Shown in pieces: positions 12,240 to 26,400 of a DNA stretch of 64,000 nucleotides. How positions within the stretch are numbered: position 1 is the first letter of the stretch; each line of letters opens with the position of its first letter. The stretch is taken from positions 682,001-746,000 of the forward strand of contig JASTWF010000138.1 of assembly GCA_030390025.1 (NCBI GenBank), written 5' to 3'. Under the pieces are notes generated by a model that had not been told where the DNA came from, made no database searches, and saw nothing but the letters and a program-made list of their open reading frames with translations. Origin of the DNA: Squalus acanthias (Eukaryota). The translations under genes were made by a program, and so were the position numbers.

Positions 12240-12678
12240 ACGTGCTCCCGATGTTCCATTCTGATGTTGATGGTCGTACTGCCCGGTGAGTCTATGTTTA
12301 AATGGTCAGTGTGTGTTCCATGGGTTATATTTACTCCCAGACTTTTGAATCATTTTGTATTTTGTTACAGGAACGAATGGCAAAGACTCAGTTTCCCAGG
12401 ATCCGTCGGAGTTAAAGGTTCAGGAAGGACAGACCATAATACTGAACTGTAGTTACTCCACATCTGATACCTTTCCCTACCTCTTCTGGTACATCCAGTA
12501 CCCCGGGGAAACTTCGAAATATCCACTGAAGAGATACGGCAAGGGGCAGGGGGAAAGGTCTCCAGATTTCCCAGACCGGTTCTCTGCTGATTTGGACCAA
12601 GACAAGAAAACGGTTCCTTTAAATATCTCCGGGGCTCTTGTCTCTGACTCCGCCGTGTATTTCTGTGCGCTGAACCCC
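12240..12678 (+). CDS. TCR V segment (family D copy 1); open V exon, leader start ATG->ACG
   Basis: Exon from 12371: KDSVSQDP...LNCSY...LFWYIQ...DSAVYFCALNP. Leader 12240-12285 begins ACG (ATG in paralog at 49941). RSS CACACTG-23-ACAAAAACC at 12679-12717. Confidence 0.85.
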
Positions 12679-14029
12679 CACACTGTTACAGGGGCGCAGT
12701 CAGTCCGTACAAAAACCAGCAAAGGACTCTCACTCACTCTCACTGAAACAGATCTGGGACCTCGATTGTGACCTGATAATAGAACAGAAATCAAATAATA
12801 GAGATAAACAGAAGGATCAATAAATAGATGGATAGGTAATTAAATAGATAGACAGACAGAGAGATAACTCTACAGTCTCCCTCTCCTCATTGTCTCTCCC
12901 AGTGACCCCTTCCTCCTTTGTTTGACAGTATCCGTCCCATGCAGACAAAGCCCAGCCCGTGTGGATTCCGGCTGCGGAGTCCGCGAGTGTAAAACGCGAT
13001 GTATTTCACGGCTCTGTAACGTGTTTGTTCTTGTTACATTAGGAGCTGACTGATGAGATAGTTGAACAGTAGCGCTTCGATCATCATCCTGAGTGCCCGA
13101 CTGCAATGACACCAAGAGGTAAATAAGATCGTGAAGAGTATTAAAAAAGCTAACTGAATATTTATTCAAAATTAAACTGCTGAAGTAGAACGGGTTCAAA
13201 CTATGAAAGGTCAGTTTTAGGCTGATATCAGGAAATTCTTCAAAAACAGAGAGTGATTAATGTGTGGAATCAGCTTCAAGATGGAACAGCAGAGGGAAGA
13301 ACCTGTGAACAATTTCGGAAAACAATGGATATTCCAATGGGGAGGGGGAGTTAGCATCACTCTGGATGAACTAAGAGGGGCCGAATACCCTCTCACATCT
13401 GGAATTATATTGTGATCTTCTGAACTGCATTTGCAGGAGTTGGCGCTCGGAATTGCACCTTGTAGTTACATTTAGTCACCACCAGAGGTCGGTGCGATGT
13501 TGTGCTCGCTCTATTGGTTTAAGTGCAGATCCAAGTTAGACTGAAAACATTATTCAGTGATTTTACTGAAGAAACTGAGTAAAGAAACAGATTCGGAAGT
13601 GGGGCATACATTTCAAATGCAAGTTGCGTTGTATTTAAATGTTATTATGAATTATTAAAGTATTATGAATGTCAATGCGTTGTAAATATATTAAAAAGCA
13701 GCTCACCCCAGTATCACTGACCCTATCTACTGTTCGTACCTACCCATTCTGCTCAAACCTGTCAGTCACTCCCCATTTCATTTGTCTAATTTACCGCATC
13801 GTTGTGTTCAAATTGCACAGGACCGGTTGGCCGTCTATATATATTGGCTTTATATCGGCTGTGGGTGGTTCTAATGGTCAGTTTGCAGCTCCTTTAATGG
13901 GATTCTCCGGCACGGATACCAGAACAACAATCTGTTCCCCTTCACAGACTGACCCTGCTAAATGGCTCATTAATCCCCGTCCAGTTCCGTGTTGTGCGGA
14001 AACCAATTTCACGCTTTTCCCTCATCCCC

Positions 14030-14130
14030 GCTCTGACGTCATGAATTGGAGAACAAAGGAGCTGTGAGCTGATTGGATGTCACATGACACTGTCAGCAAC
14101 GAACCAATCGACACAGAGGCCGGCTATTAC
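14030..14130 (+). promoter_or_regulatory. V promoter with CRE (TGACGTCA) and CCAAT/ATTGG boxes
   Basis: TGACGTCA at about 14035 plus several ATTGG/CCAAT motifs 100-180 bp upstream of the leader; conserved at 50750-50920. Confidence 0.6.
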
Positions 14131-14211
14131 TCAACATCTTCCCAACTATTGACCACAACAGTTTCAGGTTCAACACATTCTGTTCAAATCCGCCATCAAC
14201 GCTCTGCAAGC

Positions 14212-14263
14212 ATGTTGGCTGTTACTTTCTGTTCATTTATCACAGCTGCAGCTCTCTTAACTG
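14212..14263 (+). pseudogene. V-gene leader exon (MLAVTFCSFITAAALLT)
   Basis: Hydrophobic 17 codons + G|GTAAG; paralog of the leader at 50996; followed by a 3.6-kb CR1. Confidence 0.75.
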
Positions 14264-14577
14264 GTAAGTGACACAACTCTGTGTTGTTTCACATCTGCAT
14301 CATACCTTATATTAAATCGGTCAGTTCCCTGAACGTATGAATATCAATAGATTAATACGAAGTGAAGAAATCCATCCAGACCAACCTTGATTCAACACTG
14401 AAAATTATTTGGGGAAACTCGACAAATTCCCCCAGTAAATGAAAACGGAAATTTGAAGTAAGGTTACAGGCGAATGGCAGACAGACCCGCCCCGAGCTGC
14501 TGGGGCCAATGACGGACTTTGACAGACTCACGAGTCTGAAGCCAACAGACCGTTTGAAGTTTTCCCTTCACCTCACA

Positions 14578-17500
14578 AGACCGGTGCCAGGGTTAAGGAC
14601 ATCTCCTCTGGGCTGGAGAGAAACTTGGAGTGGGAGGGGGAGGATCCAGTTGTCGTGGTCCATGTTGGTACCAATGACATAGATAGGACAAGGAAAGAGG
14701 TTCTGCTGAGGGAGTTTGAGCAGCTAGGGGCCAAATTAAAAAGCAGAACCTCGAGGGTAATAATCTCTGGATTACTACCTGAGCCACGAGCAAATTTGGC
14801 TAGGGTAAATAAAATCAGGGAGTTGAATGCGTGGCTCAAAGACTGGTGTGGGAAAAATGGGTTTTGCTTCTTGGGACACTGGCACCAGTACTGGGGCAGG
14901 AGAGAGCTGTTCCGTTGGGACGGACTTCACTTGGCCAGTGCTGGGACTAGTGTCCTGGCGAATCGAATAACTAGGGCTGTGGAGAGGGCTTTAAACTAAT
15001 TAGTGGGGGGGAGGTTTCAAGAGAGCAAAAAATAAAAATGACAACAGAGAGGGTCATAGACATAGGTAGCAGTAGGGGAGTCACAAATCAGAGCGTGGCA
15101 GGAAGGGACAGAGTGTGTGGAGTAAAAGGTAAACTGGTAAAAAGTGAAAAAGCAGGAACTAAGTGCCACAAAGCATATTTGAAAGTTCTCTATCTGAATG
15201 CACGTAGCATTCGTAACAAAATAGATGAGTTAATGGCACAAATAACTACATATGGTTATGATATTGTGGCCATTACAGAAACATGGCTGCAGGGTGACAA
15301 TGCCTGGGAATTAAACATACCAGGTTATTTAACGATCAGGAAGGACAGGCAGGAAGGAAGGGGAGGTGGGGTGGCTATGTTAATAAAGGAAGGAATCACT
15401 GTAATACAGAGTAATGATATTGGGTCAAAAAATCATGATAATGAAACAGTTTGGGTGGAGATAAGGAATAATAAGGGGAAAAAAACATTAGTGGGCGTAG
15501 TCTATAGGCCTCCGAACAGTTGCAACTCTATTGGACGGAGTATCAATCAGGAAATAGTTGAGGCATGTAATAAGGGAACATCTATAATTATGGGGGATTT
15601 TAACTATCATATTAATTGGACAAATCAAATGGGGCAGGGCTGCCTTGAGGATGAGTTCATTGAGTGTATTAGGGATGGGTTTCTTGAGCAGTATGTAACT
15701 GAACCGACCAGGGGGCAAGCAACCTTAGATCTGGTCCTGTGTAACGAGACAGGATTAATTAAAAATGTCCTAGTAAAGGATCCCCTTGGAATGAGTGACC
15801 ATAACATGGTTGAATTCCATATTCAATTAGAGGGTGAGAAGGTTGGATCTCAAACAAGCGTGCTAAGCTTGAATAAAGGAGACTATGAAGGTATGCGAGC
15901 GGAATTGAGTAGAGTGGATTGGGAAAATAGATTAAAGGGTAAGACGACACATGATCAGTGGTGTACATTCAAGGAGTTATTTTACAACTTCCAAAAAATA
16001 TATATTCCACTGAAAAGAAAAGGGTGTAAAAGAAAGGACAGTCATCCGTGGCTAAGTAAAGAAATTAAGGATAGTATTCGACTATAAACAAGGGCATATA
16101 AGGTAGCGAAATCTAGTGGGAGGACAGAGGATTGGGAAAACTTTAAAAGGCAGCAAAAAATAACAAAAAGATTGATTAAGAAAGGGAAGATAGATTATGA
16201 AAGTAAATTAGCAAAAAATATAAAAACAGATAGTAAGAGTTTTTATAGTTATATAAAAAGAAAAAGGGTGGCTAAAGTAAATGTTGGTCCCTTAGAGGAT
16301 GAGACCGGGAAATTAATGGTGGGAAATATGGAGATGGCAAAAACACTGAATGAATATTTTGTATCAGTCTTTACAGTAGAGGACACTAAGAATATCCCAA
16401 CACTGGACAAACAGGGGGCTATAGGGGGAGAGGAGCTAAACACGATCAAAATCACTAAGGAAGTGGTACTCGGTAAAATAATGGGACTCAAGGCGGATAA
16501 ATCACCTGGACCTGATGGCTTACATCCTAGAGTCTTGAAGGAAGTGGCGGTAGGGATTGTAGATGCATTGGTAATAATTTTTCAAAACTCCCTGGATTCC
16601 GCTAAGGTCCCGGCAGACTGGAAAACTGCTAATGTAACACCCTTATTTAAAAAGGGCAGTAGACAGAAGGCTGGTAACTATAGACCGGTTAGCCTAACAT
16701 CTGTGGTAGGTAAAATTTTGGAGTCCATTATTAAGGAAACAGTAACAGGACATTTGGATAATCATAATTTAATAGGACAAAGTCAGCATGGTTTTACGAA
16801 GGGGAAGTCATGTTTGACAAATTTGCTGGAGTTCTTTGAGGAAGTAACATATAGAGTGGATAAAGGGGAACCAGTGGACGTAGTGTATTTAGACTTCCAA
16901 AAGGCATTTGACAAGGTGCCACACAAAAGATTATTGCTTAAGGTAAAAAATCACGGAATTGGGGGTAATATTCTGGCATGGATAGAGGATTGGCTATCTA
17001 ACAGAAAGCAAAGAGTTGGGATAAATGGTTCATTCTCAGACTGGCAATCAGTAACTAGTGGTGTTCCACAGGGGTCAGTGCTGGGTCCCCAACTCTTCAC
17101 AATCTATATTAACGATTTGGAGGAAGGGACCAAGTGTAACATATCAAAATTTGCAGATGATACAAAGATGGGAGGGAAAGTAGTGAATGAGGAGGACATA
17201 AAAAACCTGCAAGGGGACATAGACAGGCTAAGTAAGTGGGCAGAGATTTGGCAGATGGAATACAACACTGGAAAGTGTGAGGTGATGCACTTTGGCAGGA
17301 AAAATCCTAGAGCAATTTATTATCTTAATGGCAAGAAACTGGAGAGTACTGAAGTGCAAAGGGATCTGGGGGTCCTGGTGCACGAAACTCAAAAGGTTAG
17401 TATGCAGGTGCAGCAAGTGATTAAGAAGGCAAATGGAATGTTGGCTTTCATTGCTAGGGGGATAGAATATAAAAATAGGGAGGTATTGCTTCAGTTGTAC

Positions 17501-18228
17501 AAGGTATTGGTGAGACCGCACCTGGAATACTGCATACAGTTTTGGTGTCCTTACTTAAGGAAAGACATCCTTGCTCTCGAGGCAGTGCAAAAAAGGTTCA
17601 TTCGGTTAATCCCGGGGATGAGGGGGTGGTCATATGAGGAGAGGTTGGGTAGATTGGGACTCTACTCATTGGAGTTCAGAAGAATGAGAGGCGATCTTAT
17701 TGAAACATATAAGATTGTGAAGGGGTTGGATCGGGTGGATGCGGGGAGGATGTTCCCGATGACGGGTGAGACGAGAACTAGGGGACATAGTCTTAGAATA
17801 AGGGGCTGCTCTTTCAAAACTGAGATGAGGAGGAACTACTTCACTCAGAGGGTGGTAGGTCCATGGAATATGCTGCCACAAAAAGCTGTAGAAGCTACAA
17901 CATTAATTAAATTTAAAACAGAAATAGACAGTTTCCTAGAAGTAAAGGGCATTAAGGGTTACGGGGAGCGGGCAGGAATTTGGACATGAGTCTAGGTTCG
18001 GATCGGTCATGGCCCTGTGGGTAGTGGAGCGGGCCCAGGGACTGTGTAGCCTGATTCTGCTCCTATTTCGTGTGTGCAATTCTGTTAGATGCAGGAGATG
18101 GTTCTGTGATAGATAGTAGATTGGCGGTTAGGATCAGATCAGCCATGATCTTATTGAATGGTGGAGCAGGCTCGAGGGGCCGATTGGCCTACTCCTGCTC
18201 CTATTTCTTATGTTCTTATGTTCTTATG
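14578..18228 (+). mobile_element. CR1 LINE, near full length (ORF1 esterase C-terminus + ORF2 with an internal stop)
   Basis: ORF1 SGNH-like (HVGTND, DGLHL) 14625-14999; APE endonuclease 15038-16087; RT 16172-17989; doubled 3' tail. Confidence 0.95.
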
Positions 18229-18450
18229 TAACTGATCCCGTTGGAAGGTGCTGAAGGTTCATTAAAGGAAGGTTTATTCGGTCGATCCCAGCACGTTTTC
18301 GTTGCAGCCGCTGAGCTGTGGGGGGATGTATTTCTGTTTAACTGCCCTGATTTACTTCTCAGGGAAATGTTGAGGGTGACGGGCTGATTCTGGGGGATAG
18401 ACACAGTGAAGTGACATTGTTTAATTTAGTGTCGCTCTGGGCCCTTGCAG

Positions 18451-18705
18451 GATATTGTCGAGGAGACTCCGTTTCACAGACACCGGCTGCAACTACAGTC
18501 AGTGAAGGAGACGATGTTCAGTTGCATTGTAATTATACAGCTCCAAGCACCAACCCTTACCTATTCTGGTACCGTCAGTATCCCAGCGGATCCATGGAGT
18601 ATCTGCTGCAGATAAACAAATACAGCGAGAACGAAGGGACAGTTCCAGGGGTCCGTTTTTCAGTGAAGCTCAATGATTCGATCCGAACCGTCCCGCTGAA
18701 TATGA
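18451..18705 (+). pseudogene. 3'-truncated TCR V exon (family E)
   Basis: Acceptor ttgcag|, then GDSVSQTP...LHCNY...LFWYRQ...RFSVKL...VPLN; the YYC motif and RSS are missing. Confidence 0.85.
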
Positions 18706-19042
18706 GAAAGGAATCACTGGACACCGGGGAAAGCGGGAGGGAAAACATACTGACTGGAACCTGTGCACACACAAAGATCACGGGCATCCAGCATCAGTTG
18801 AACTGAAAAGAAATAAAAGTCAGTTTTTGTGAATGCGGATTGCGGTTTGTTGTTGTTTATTGTGGGGATCAGAAAGGTTCAAATCTCCCAGCGAAAACTG
18901 TGAATTTACAAGCTCCACTTCATCTTCTTTATGTTTCTGTCCCTGTAAGTTTTGATGTATAAGGCTCGACATTCACCATCAGCTTCACTGCAACACACCT
19001 CCCCAAATGTGGACACTGGGAACTGGCCCATACACACACATA

Positions 19043-20636
19043 GGGCTGGATTTTGATACTGGGGCGGGTTGAAATCGTGTCATCCGCATTTCGTGTTATC
19101 CATCCGCCTGCAATTGGATGTGGGAGATTGATGCAATTTTCACTTAATTGGGCAATTGAGTTCCAGCATGTGGGAACCCATGAACCAATTAGTGGTTTCA
19201 GTCTGAAAGTCGCCTTTGATGATGTCATCATTGCAGGTCAGAGACTGCCTGGTCTCAGAGATTGCCTGGCTTTTGCTGTGAGAGGTCCTGGATGCAAAAT
19301 AAGCAGCATCTCAGAGAGAGAGAGAGAGAGAATTATTTTGCAACCAAGTCCTCCCACGCAGTCTCTGAAGACATTCAATGGGCTGGATTTTGAATGACCC
19401 GTGGAGTCGGGGTTGGAGTCAGGGCGGGGGGGGGGGGCGGTTAAATTTGCAGATTCGGGGGTCCCGACCCCATCCCGACTCCAACCCGCCTCCATGCCAA
19501 TTTCTCTGGCGGCGGGTACCCGACCTGATCTGAGACCCGACTCCCCGAGGCGGGAAGTGATTAGTGACAATTAACTGCCTGTTAACAGGTAGTTAACAGG
19601 CAGTTTTTTGCATAATCCCTATTTTAAAAACAAAAGTGTAGGTTTCCCGACAGGTGGCAAACACTCCAAGTTATTGGGTCAGGGCGTGGGTCTGCAGGGG
19701 TTGGAGGGGTCGATATGTCCGGTGGGCAGGTGAGTGATGGGTGCATGTGTACAGAGGTAAGTGTATAAGGTAAGTGCTAAGTGTTGGAAAAAGTTTTACT
19801 TACCTTAACTTCCTCCTGCAGGTGTCAGCCCTTCAGTTCTCGGGAGTTAGAAATCTCACCGGCACAGAAAGCAGGAAAGCCGTGGACCTGTCAAAAACAG
19901 CAGCCTTATGTTTTCTGTGCTGGAATGATTTCTAACTCAGCCTGAAAGGAAGGACTGAAGTTAGAAATCATATTGTGAGTGTTTGACAGCTTCACAGAGC
20001 TGTCAAACGCTGATATTTCATCTGTCAAAAGCTCTTGACAGATGAAATGTCAGTCTGTGACATCACCTGTTGCCGGGTGGCCCTTAATTGGCCTGCTGAG
20101 CCCACTGGGCGGGCTCAACAAGGTCAATCAAGGGAAAATACAGTGGGTTGGCCACATCTCGATGGAGGCGGATTCACAAGCCAGAATGTGTGATTCCCGA
20201 CCCCAACTCGACTCCAACTTCAAAATCCAGCCCAATGCAGCATCATCAGAGGCAACTTTCAGACCTAATACTACTACTACCTTCATCACATCTCCGTTGT
20301 AATAGTGGACCTGCAGCTGATAGTCAGCTATGCACTTGTGCTCCCGCCAGGTTTCACTGGCGTGTTTCACATCAGGCGTACTTCACGTCGGAAAAGGGTT
20401 AAACTAGCTAAAACGTTTCAAAATGGCATCACAGAGCCAATTTAGGGCTTGTTAAGGGCTTTAATGGCTTCTCCCGCCTCTTGGAGGCGGGACAGAGTCG
20501 GGAACCCCCGACTGATTTTGTCAAAATTGCGTGGAGGCGGAATGGAGTCGGGATGGGATCGGGACCCCCGAATCTGCAACTTTAACGCCCCACACGCCTC
20601 CAAACCCGACTCCACGGGTCATTGAAAATCCAGCCC
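19043..20636. mobile_element. Non-autonomous TIR element(s), MITE/foldback complex
   Basis: GGGCTGGATTTT termini at 19043 and 19380; AAAATCCAGCCC ending at 20233 and 20636; about 180 bp inverted similarity 19380-19560 vs 20465-20636. Confidence 0.75.
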
Positions 20637-20688
20637 TTATTGTCTGTTTTCACCCAATATCCGAACAATGTAAAAAGTCTCATCGTAT

Positions 20689-20703
20689 CCGCCAGAGGGC
20701 GCC
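20689..20703 (+). promoter_or_regulatory. CTCF-binding motif CCGCCAGAGGGCGCC
   Basis: Strong core match, intergenic. Confidence 0.7.
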
Positions 20704-21876
20704 GTGGTCGCAAGGTTCTCGCTGCTCCCTCGGGACTCGAACCGTTGTTCTTCCTGATTTGTGTAAAAGCATCATAATTTCAAAGCCTATTGCGTTTGTG
20801 TTCGTGCGATTCAGCAAAGTTTCCCCCCATCTCTTTTAATTGACAGCTATTCATCGTCACAATCTCTACCACGCTTATGAATTATTTCCTTATACTGCAA
20901 ATCTTAAAGCGACTGTGAGTGACATCTTTGGTAGCTGCCGTTTGAAAAAAACCCTTATATCTTAAAATCTGGAATGAATGACACACTCAGAGAGACGGGA
21001 CTGTAACCCGGGTGAGGAGTATCTCCCGTGTCAATAAGCACCATTTCCCTTCCCATGTGATTAATTTCAGCACAGTGGAATGGCGCCTCCTGTGAGTTTC
21101 AGGCAGACATTAATCTAACAGGTTCAGCAGATATTTGGGGAAGGGGCTCATGTTCCCCTCCGAGCAATTACCAACACAGTCGGTTGATGGCGGTAAGATA
21201 TTATCCCGAAGTGACAATATATCGGTTTGAAAGTAGATGAAGCTGTTGTTTATTTCAATCACTGCCACTAATCAGACTGAGGTGGTTGACGGGGAGTCGG
21301 GTTTGATTAACCTGCTTGGGACCCATAGTGGGAAGATTTCCTCCGGTCTCTCTCTGGAAATCTCATCCACAAGTTGTTTTAACGAAATCGCAAGCTGATT
21401 ATTTTAGAATGCGTTCACTATTTCGTTAGAAATAGCGACCAGAGTAAATCTACCGCACAGAGCGGATAGTTCAGTGTAAACAAAATTGTTACGGGAGAAG
21501 GAAGTTAATGCTCTCGGTGAGCCGTAACACACCGACATAAAATAAACAAACACACAATGTGACCAATTCGGGCCCATTAAATAAATCCCCAAACCTCAGC
21601 AAAACTGAAACTTTCTTCACACCACAGGCAGCGCTCACTGAGTGATTGGCTCCACCTTCTGATACTTTATACCGTGGTTCAAAGGGCTTCAACTGAGCCA
21701 TGAGCCTCACTTGAATCTCATTTCAATATATGGCGGGTATATTGGAGAAGGTGTCATTGGAGGGGAACAATGAGAGCAGGAAGTGACGTTGGACCAATAG
21801 GAGCATCTGACGAGGTCGATTCCGGTCCGGAATTGGGCTTTTCAAGAGACCGACAGGTTCGGGCTCGGCAGCGGCC

Positions 21877-22331
21877 ATGCGGATATTCAGCGCCTGGGTT
21901 TTCTTTGGGGTGTTTATTGTCGGTAAGGATCAATCCAATTGTGTCGTGTTCAAACTAAAGTGTTAATATTATTTCAGCTTTTAATACTCGGTCTTATCTT
22001 GTTACTGAACACATGTTACAGATCAGAGTGATGGAGATTCTGTTACTCAGTCCCAGATTTCAGTCAGCAGGAGAGAAGGTGAAGCGGTGACTATGAGATG
22101 TACCTACAGTAACACAGCCAACGACTATTATTTATATTGGTACCGGGAACAACCAGAGAAGGAGCCCCAGTTTGTAATAAGGAGACGTTCTTGGGACACA
22201 CAGGAACGGAGAGGAGAAGGTTTCGGAATCTGTTTTTCTGCTCAGCTCCAGACCTCGACTAAATTCACCAGTTTAACCATCTCCGGGCTGCAGCTGACAG
22301 ACTCTGCCGTCTATTACTGCACCCTGGGTCT
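21877..22331 (+). CDS. Intact TCR alpha/delta V segment (family F copy 1)
   Basis: Leader MRIFSAWVFFGVFIV (21877-21922) + GTAAG; exon from 22022: GDSVTQSQ...MRCTY...LYWYRE...DSAVYYCTLG, no stops. Confidence 0.92.
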
Positions 22332-22370
22332 CACAGTGATGGAAAGCAGTCTCACTCCCGTACAAAAATT
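22332..22370 (+). other. 23-RSS CACAGTG-23-ACAAAAATT
   Basis: Consensus heptamer, 23-nt spacer, near-consensus nonamer. Confidence 0.92.
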
Positions 22371-22552
22371 GCCATTGGACGGTAGGGCGGAGCTCCTGTC
22401 TGTTGGGGTTGTGTAGAATCGCGGGCAGATGCAGCCACAATGTGCAGCGCGCTGTCAGGCGCTCAAACACACACCGAGAGGAAAACAAATTAACCTCGAA
22501 TCAAACTCTCACCCAACTGTTTCCAGGAGCGGCCGGGAAAACAAACTGGTGA

Positions 22553-23157
22553 TGGTGAGCCGCATACTTGAACCGCTGCAGTCTGTGTGGTGAAGGTACT
22601 CCCACAGTGCTGTTAGGGAGGGAGTTCCAGGATTTTGACCCAGCGACGATGAAGGATCTCGATACTTCGAAGTCAGGGTCCTGTGTGATTTGGAGGGGAA
22701 CTTGGAGGTGGTGGTGTTCCCCTGCACCTGCTGCCGTTGTCATTCTAGGTGGAAGAGGCCGCGGGTTTGGGAGGTGCTGTCGAAGAAGCCTTGGCGAGTT
22801 GCTGCAGTGCATCTTGTAGATAGTACACACTGCAGCCACGGTACGCCGGTGGTGGAGGGAGTGAATGTTTTAGGTGGTGGATGGGGTGTCAATCAAGCGG
22901 GGTGCTTTGTCCTGAATGGTGTCGAGCTTCTTGACTGTTGTTGGAGCTGCACTCATCCAGGCAAGTGGAGAGTATTCAATCACACTCCTTACTTGTGCCT
23001 TGTAGATGGTGAAAAGGCTTTGGGGAGTCAGGAGGAGAGACACTCGCCGCAGAATACCTAGACTCTGACCTGCTCTTGTTTGCACACTATGGTCCAGTTA
23101 AGTTTCTGGTCAATGGTGACCCCCGGGATGTTGATGGTGGGGGATTCGGCGATGGTG
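22553..23157 (-). mobile_element. LINE fragment (CR1/L2 superclade, a different family)
   Basis: RT C-terminus LGILRR...YKAQVRSVIEYSPLAW. Confidence 0.8.
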
Positions 23158-23467
23158 TGGACATCAGTGAACTAAATCGTTTTTTACAACAATATGATAA
23201 TTTCATGGTTACCATTACTGATACTAGCTTTTTATTTCAGATTTATTTTAATTAACTGAATTTAAACTGATAGTTCAGTGAAGTGGCGTTGAGATAGAAG
23301 ATCAGCCATGATATTGAATGGCGGAGCAAGCTCGAAGGGCCAAATGGCCTACTCCTGCTGCTATTTCTTATGCTCTTATGTTCTGAGTCTTTTGTATTCA
23401 GTCGGTCCTCTGACTATCTGGCACGGAGCTAAGAACACACCATGTGTGTCGTTAGAGATTATTATTC

Positions 23468-26400
23468 ATAGAAACATAGAAACATAGAAAATAGGTACAG
23501 GAGTAGACCATTCGGTCCTTCGAGCCTGCACCGCCATTCAATGCGTTCATGGCTGAACATGGTACCTCAGTACCCCATTCCTGCTTTCTCGCCATACCCC
23601 TTGATCCCCTTAGTTGTGAGTGTTATATCTAACTCCCTTTTGAATATATTTAGCGAACTGGCCTCAACAACCTTCTGTGGAAGAGAATTCCATAGATTCA
23701 CCACTCTCTGGGTGAAGAAGTTCCTCCTCAGCTCAGTCCTAAATGGCTTCCCCTTAATCCTTAGACTGTGACCCCTGGTTCTAGTTTTCCCTACCATTGG
23801 GAACATTCTGCCTGCATCTAATTTGTCTAAACCAGTCAGGATTTTAAATGTCTCTATAAGATCCCCCCTCATTCTTCTGAACTCCAGAGGATACAAGTTC
23901 AGTTGACCCAATCTTTCTTGATATGTCAGTCCGGCCATCCCAGGAATCAATCTAGTGAACCTTCGCTGCACTCCCTCAATAGCAAGAATGTCCTTCCTTA
24001 AGTTAGGAGACCAAAACTGCGCACAATACTCCAGGTGTGGCCTCACCAAGGCCCTGTACAACTGCAGCATCACCTCCCTACTCCTGTACTCAAATCCCCT
24101 TGCTATGAAGGCCATCATTCCGTTTGCTTTCTTGACTGCCTGCTGCACTTGCATTCCCACCTTCAGTGACTGATGTACCATGACGCCCAGGTCTCGTTGC
24201 ACCTCCCCTTTCCCTAATCTGCCACCATTCAGGTAATAGTCCGCCTCTCTATTTTTACCACCAAAGTGGATAACCTCACATTTATCCACATTGTACTTCA
24301 TCTGCCATACATTTGCCCATTCACCCAATCTGTCCAAGTCACTCTGTAGCCTCCTAGCATCCTCCTCATTGTTCACACTGCCTCCCAATTTAGTGTCATC
24401 CGCAAATTTGGAGATATTACATTTAATCCCTTCGTCCAAATCATTAATATATAATGTAAACAGCTGGGGTCCCAGCACCGAACCCTGCGGTACCCCGCTG
24501 GTCACTGCCTGCCATTCTGAAAAGTACCCATTTACTCCTACTCTTTGTTTCCTGTGTGCCAACCAGTTCTCAATCCACGTCAACACATTACCCCCAATCC
24601 CATGTGCTTTAACTTTGCTCACCAATCTCTTGTGTGGGACCTTGTCGAAGGCCTTCTGAAAGTCCAAATACACCACATCTACTGGTTCCCCCCTGTCCAC
24701 CCTATTGGAAACATCCTCAAAAAATTCCAGAAGATTTGTCAAGCATGATTTCCCTTTCACAAATCCATGCTGACTTGGACCTATCATGTCGCCACTTTCC
24801 AAATGGTCTGTTATGACATCTTTAATAATTGCTTCCATCATTTTACCCACGACCGATGTCAGGCTGACCGGTCTATAATTCCCTGCTTTCTCCCTCCCTC
24901 CTTTTTTAAAAAGAGGGGTTACATTGGCCACCCTCCACTCCATCGGAACTGATCCAGAGTCTAAGGAATGTTGGAAAATGATCGTCAATGCATCCACTAT
25001 TTCCAAGGCCACCTCCTTAATTACTCTGGGATGCAGACCATCAGGCCCCGGGGATTTTTCAGCCTTCAGTCCCATCAATTTCCCCAATACCTTTTCCCGA
25101 CTAATAAGGATTTCCCTCAGCTCCTCCCTCTTACCAGATCCTCTGACCCCTTTTATTTCTGGCAGGTTGTGTGTGTCCTCCACAGTAAACACCGAACCAA
25201 AGTACTTGTTCAATTGATCTGCCATTTCCTTGTTCCCCATTACGACTTCCCCTGTTTCCGACTGCAGGGGACCTACGTTTGTTTTTACTAACCTCTTTCT
25301 TTTTACATATTTATAGAAGCTTTTGCAGTCCATTTTAATGTTCTCTGCAAGCTTCCTTTCATATTTTATTTTCCCTGCCCTAATCAAACCCTTCGTCATC
25401 CTCTGCTGAGTTTTGAAGTTCTCCCAGTCCCCGGGTTTGCTGCTACTTCTGGCCAATTTGTATGCAACTTCCTTGGTTTTAATACTATCCCTGATTTCCC
25501 TTGTTAGCCATGGTTGAGCCACCTTCCCTTTTTTATTTTTACGCCAGACCGGGATGTACAATTGTTGTAGTTCATCCATGCGATCTCTAAATGTCTGCCA
25601 TTGCCCTTCCACTGATAGCCCCTTAAATATCGCTTGCCAATTTAACCTCGCCAATTCACGCCTCATACCCTCAAAGTTGCCCTTATTTAAGTTCTGGACC
25701 ATGGTCTCTGACTTAACTGTTTCCTTCTCCATCCTAATGTAGAACTCCACCATACTATGGTCACTCTTCCCCAGGGGGCCTCGTACCACAAGATTGCTGA
25801 TTAGTCCCTCCTCATTACACAACACCCAGTCCAGGATGGCCTCCCCTCGAGTTGGTTCCTCAACATATTGGTTTAGGAAACCATCCCTTAAACACTCCAG
25901 GAAATCCTCCTCCACCGTATTGCTTCCAGTTTGAGTAGCCCAATCTATATGCATATTAAAGTCACCCATGATAACTGCCGTGCCTTTTTTGCACGCACCT
26001 CTGATTTCCTGTTTCATACCCTCCCCCACCTCACTACTGCTGTTTGGAGGTCTGTACACAACTCCCACTAACGTTTTCTGCCCTTTGGTGTTCTGCAGCT
26101 CAACCCATATTGATTCCACATCCTCCAAGCTGATGTCCTTCCTAGCTATTGCATTAATCTCCTCTTTAACCAGCAATGCTACCCCAGCCCCTTTTCCTTT
26201 TATTCTATCCTTTCTGAATGTTGAATACCCCTGGATGTTCAGTTCCCAGCCTTGATTGTTCTGGAGCCACGTCTCTGTAATCCCAATCACATCGTATCCG
26301 TTAACATCTATTTGCACAGTCAATTCATCCACCTTATTACGGATACTCCTTGCATTAAGACACAGAGCCTTTAGGCTTGTTTTATTAACATCCTTTGTCC

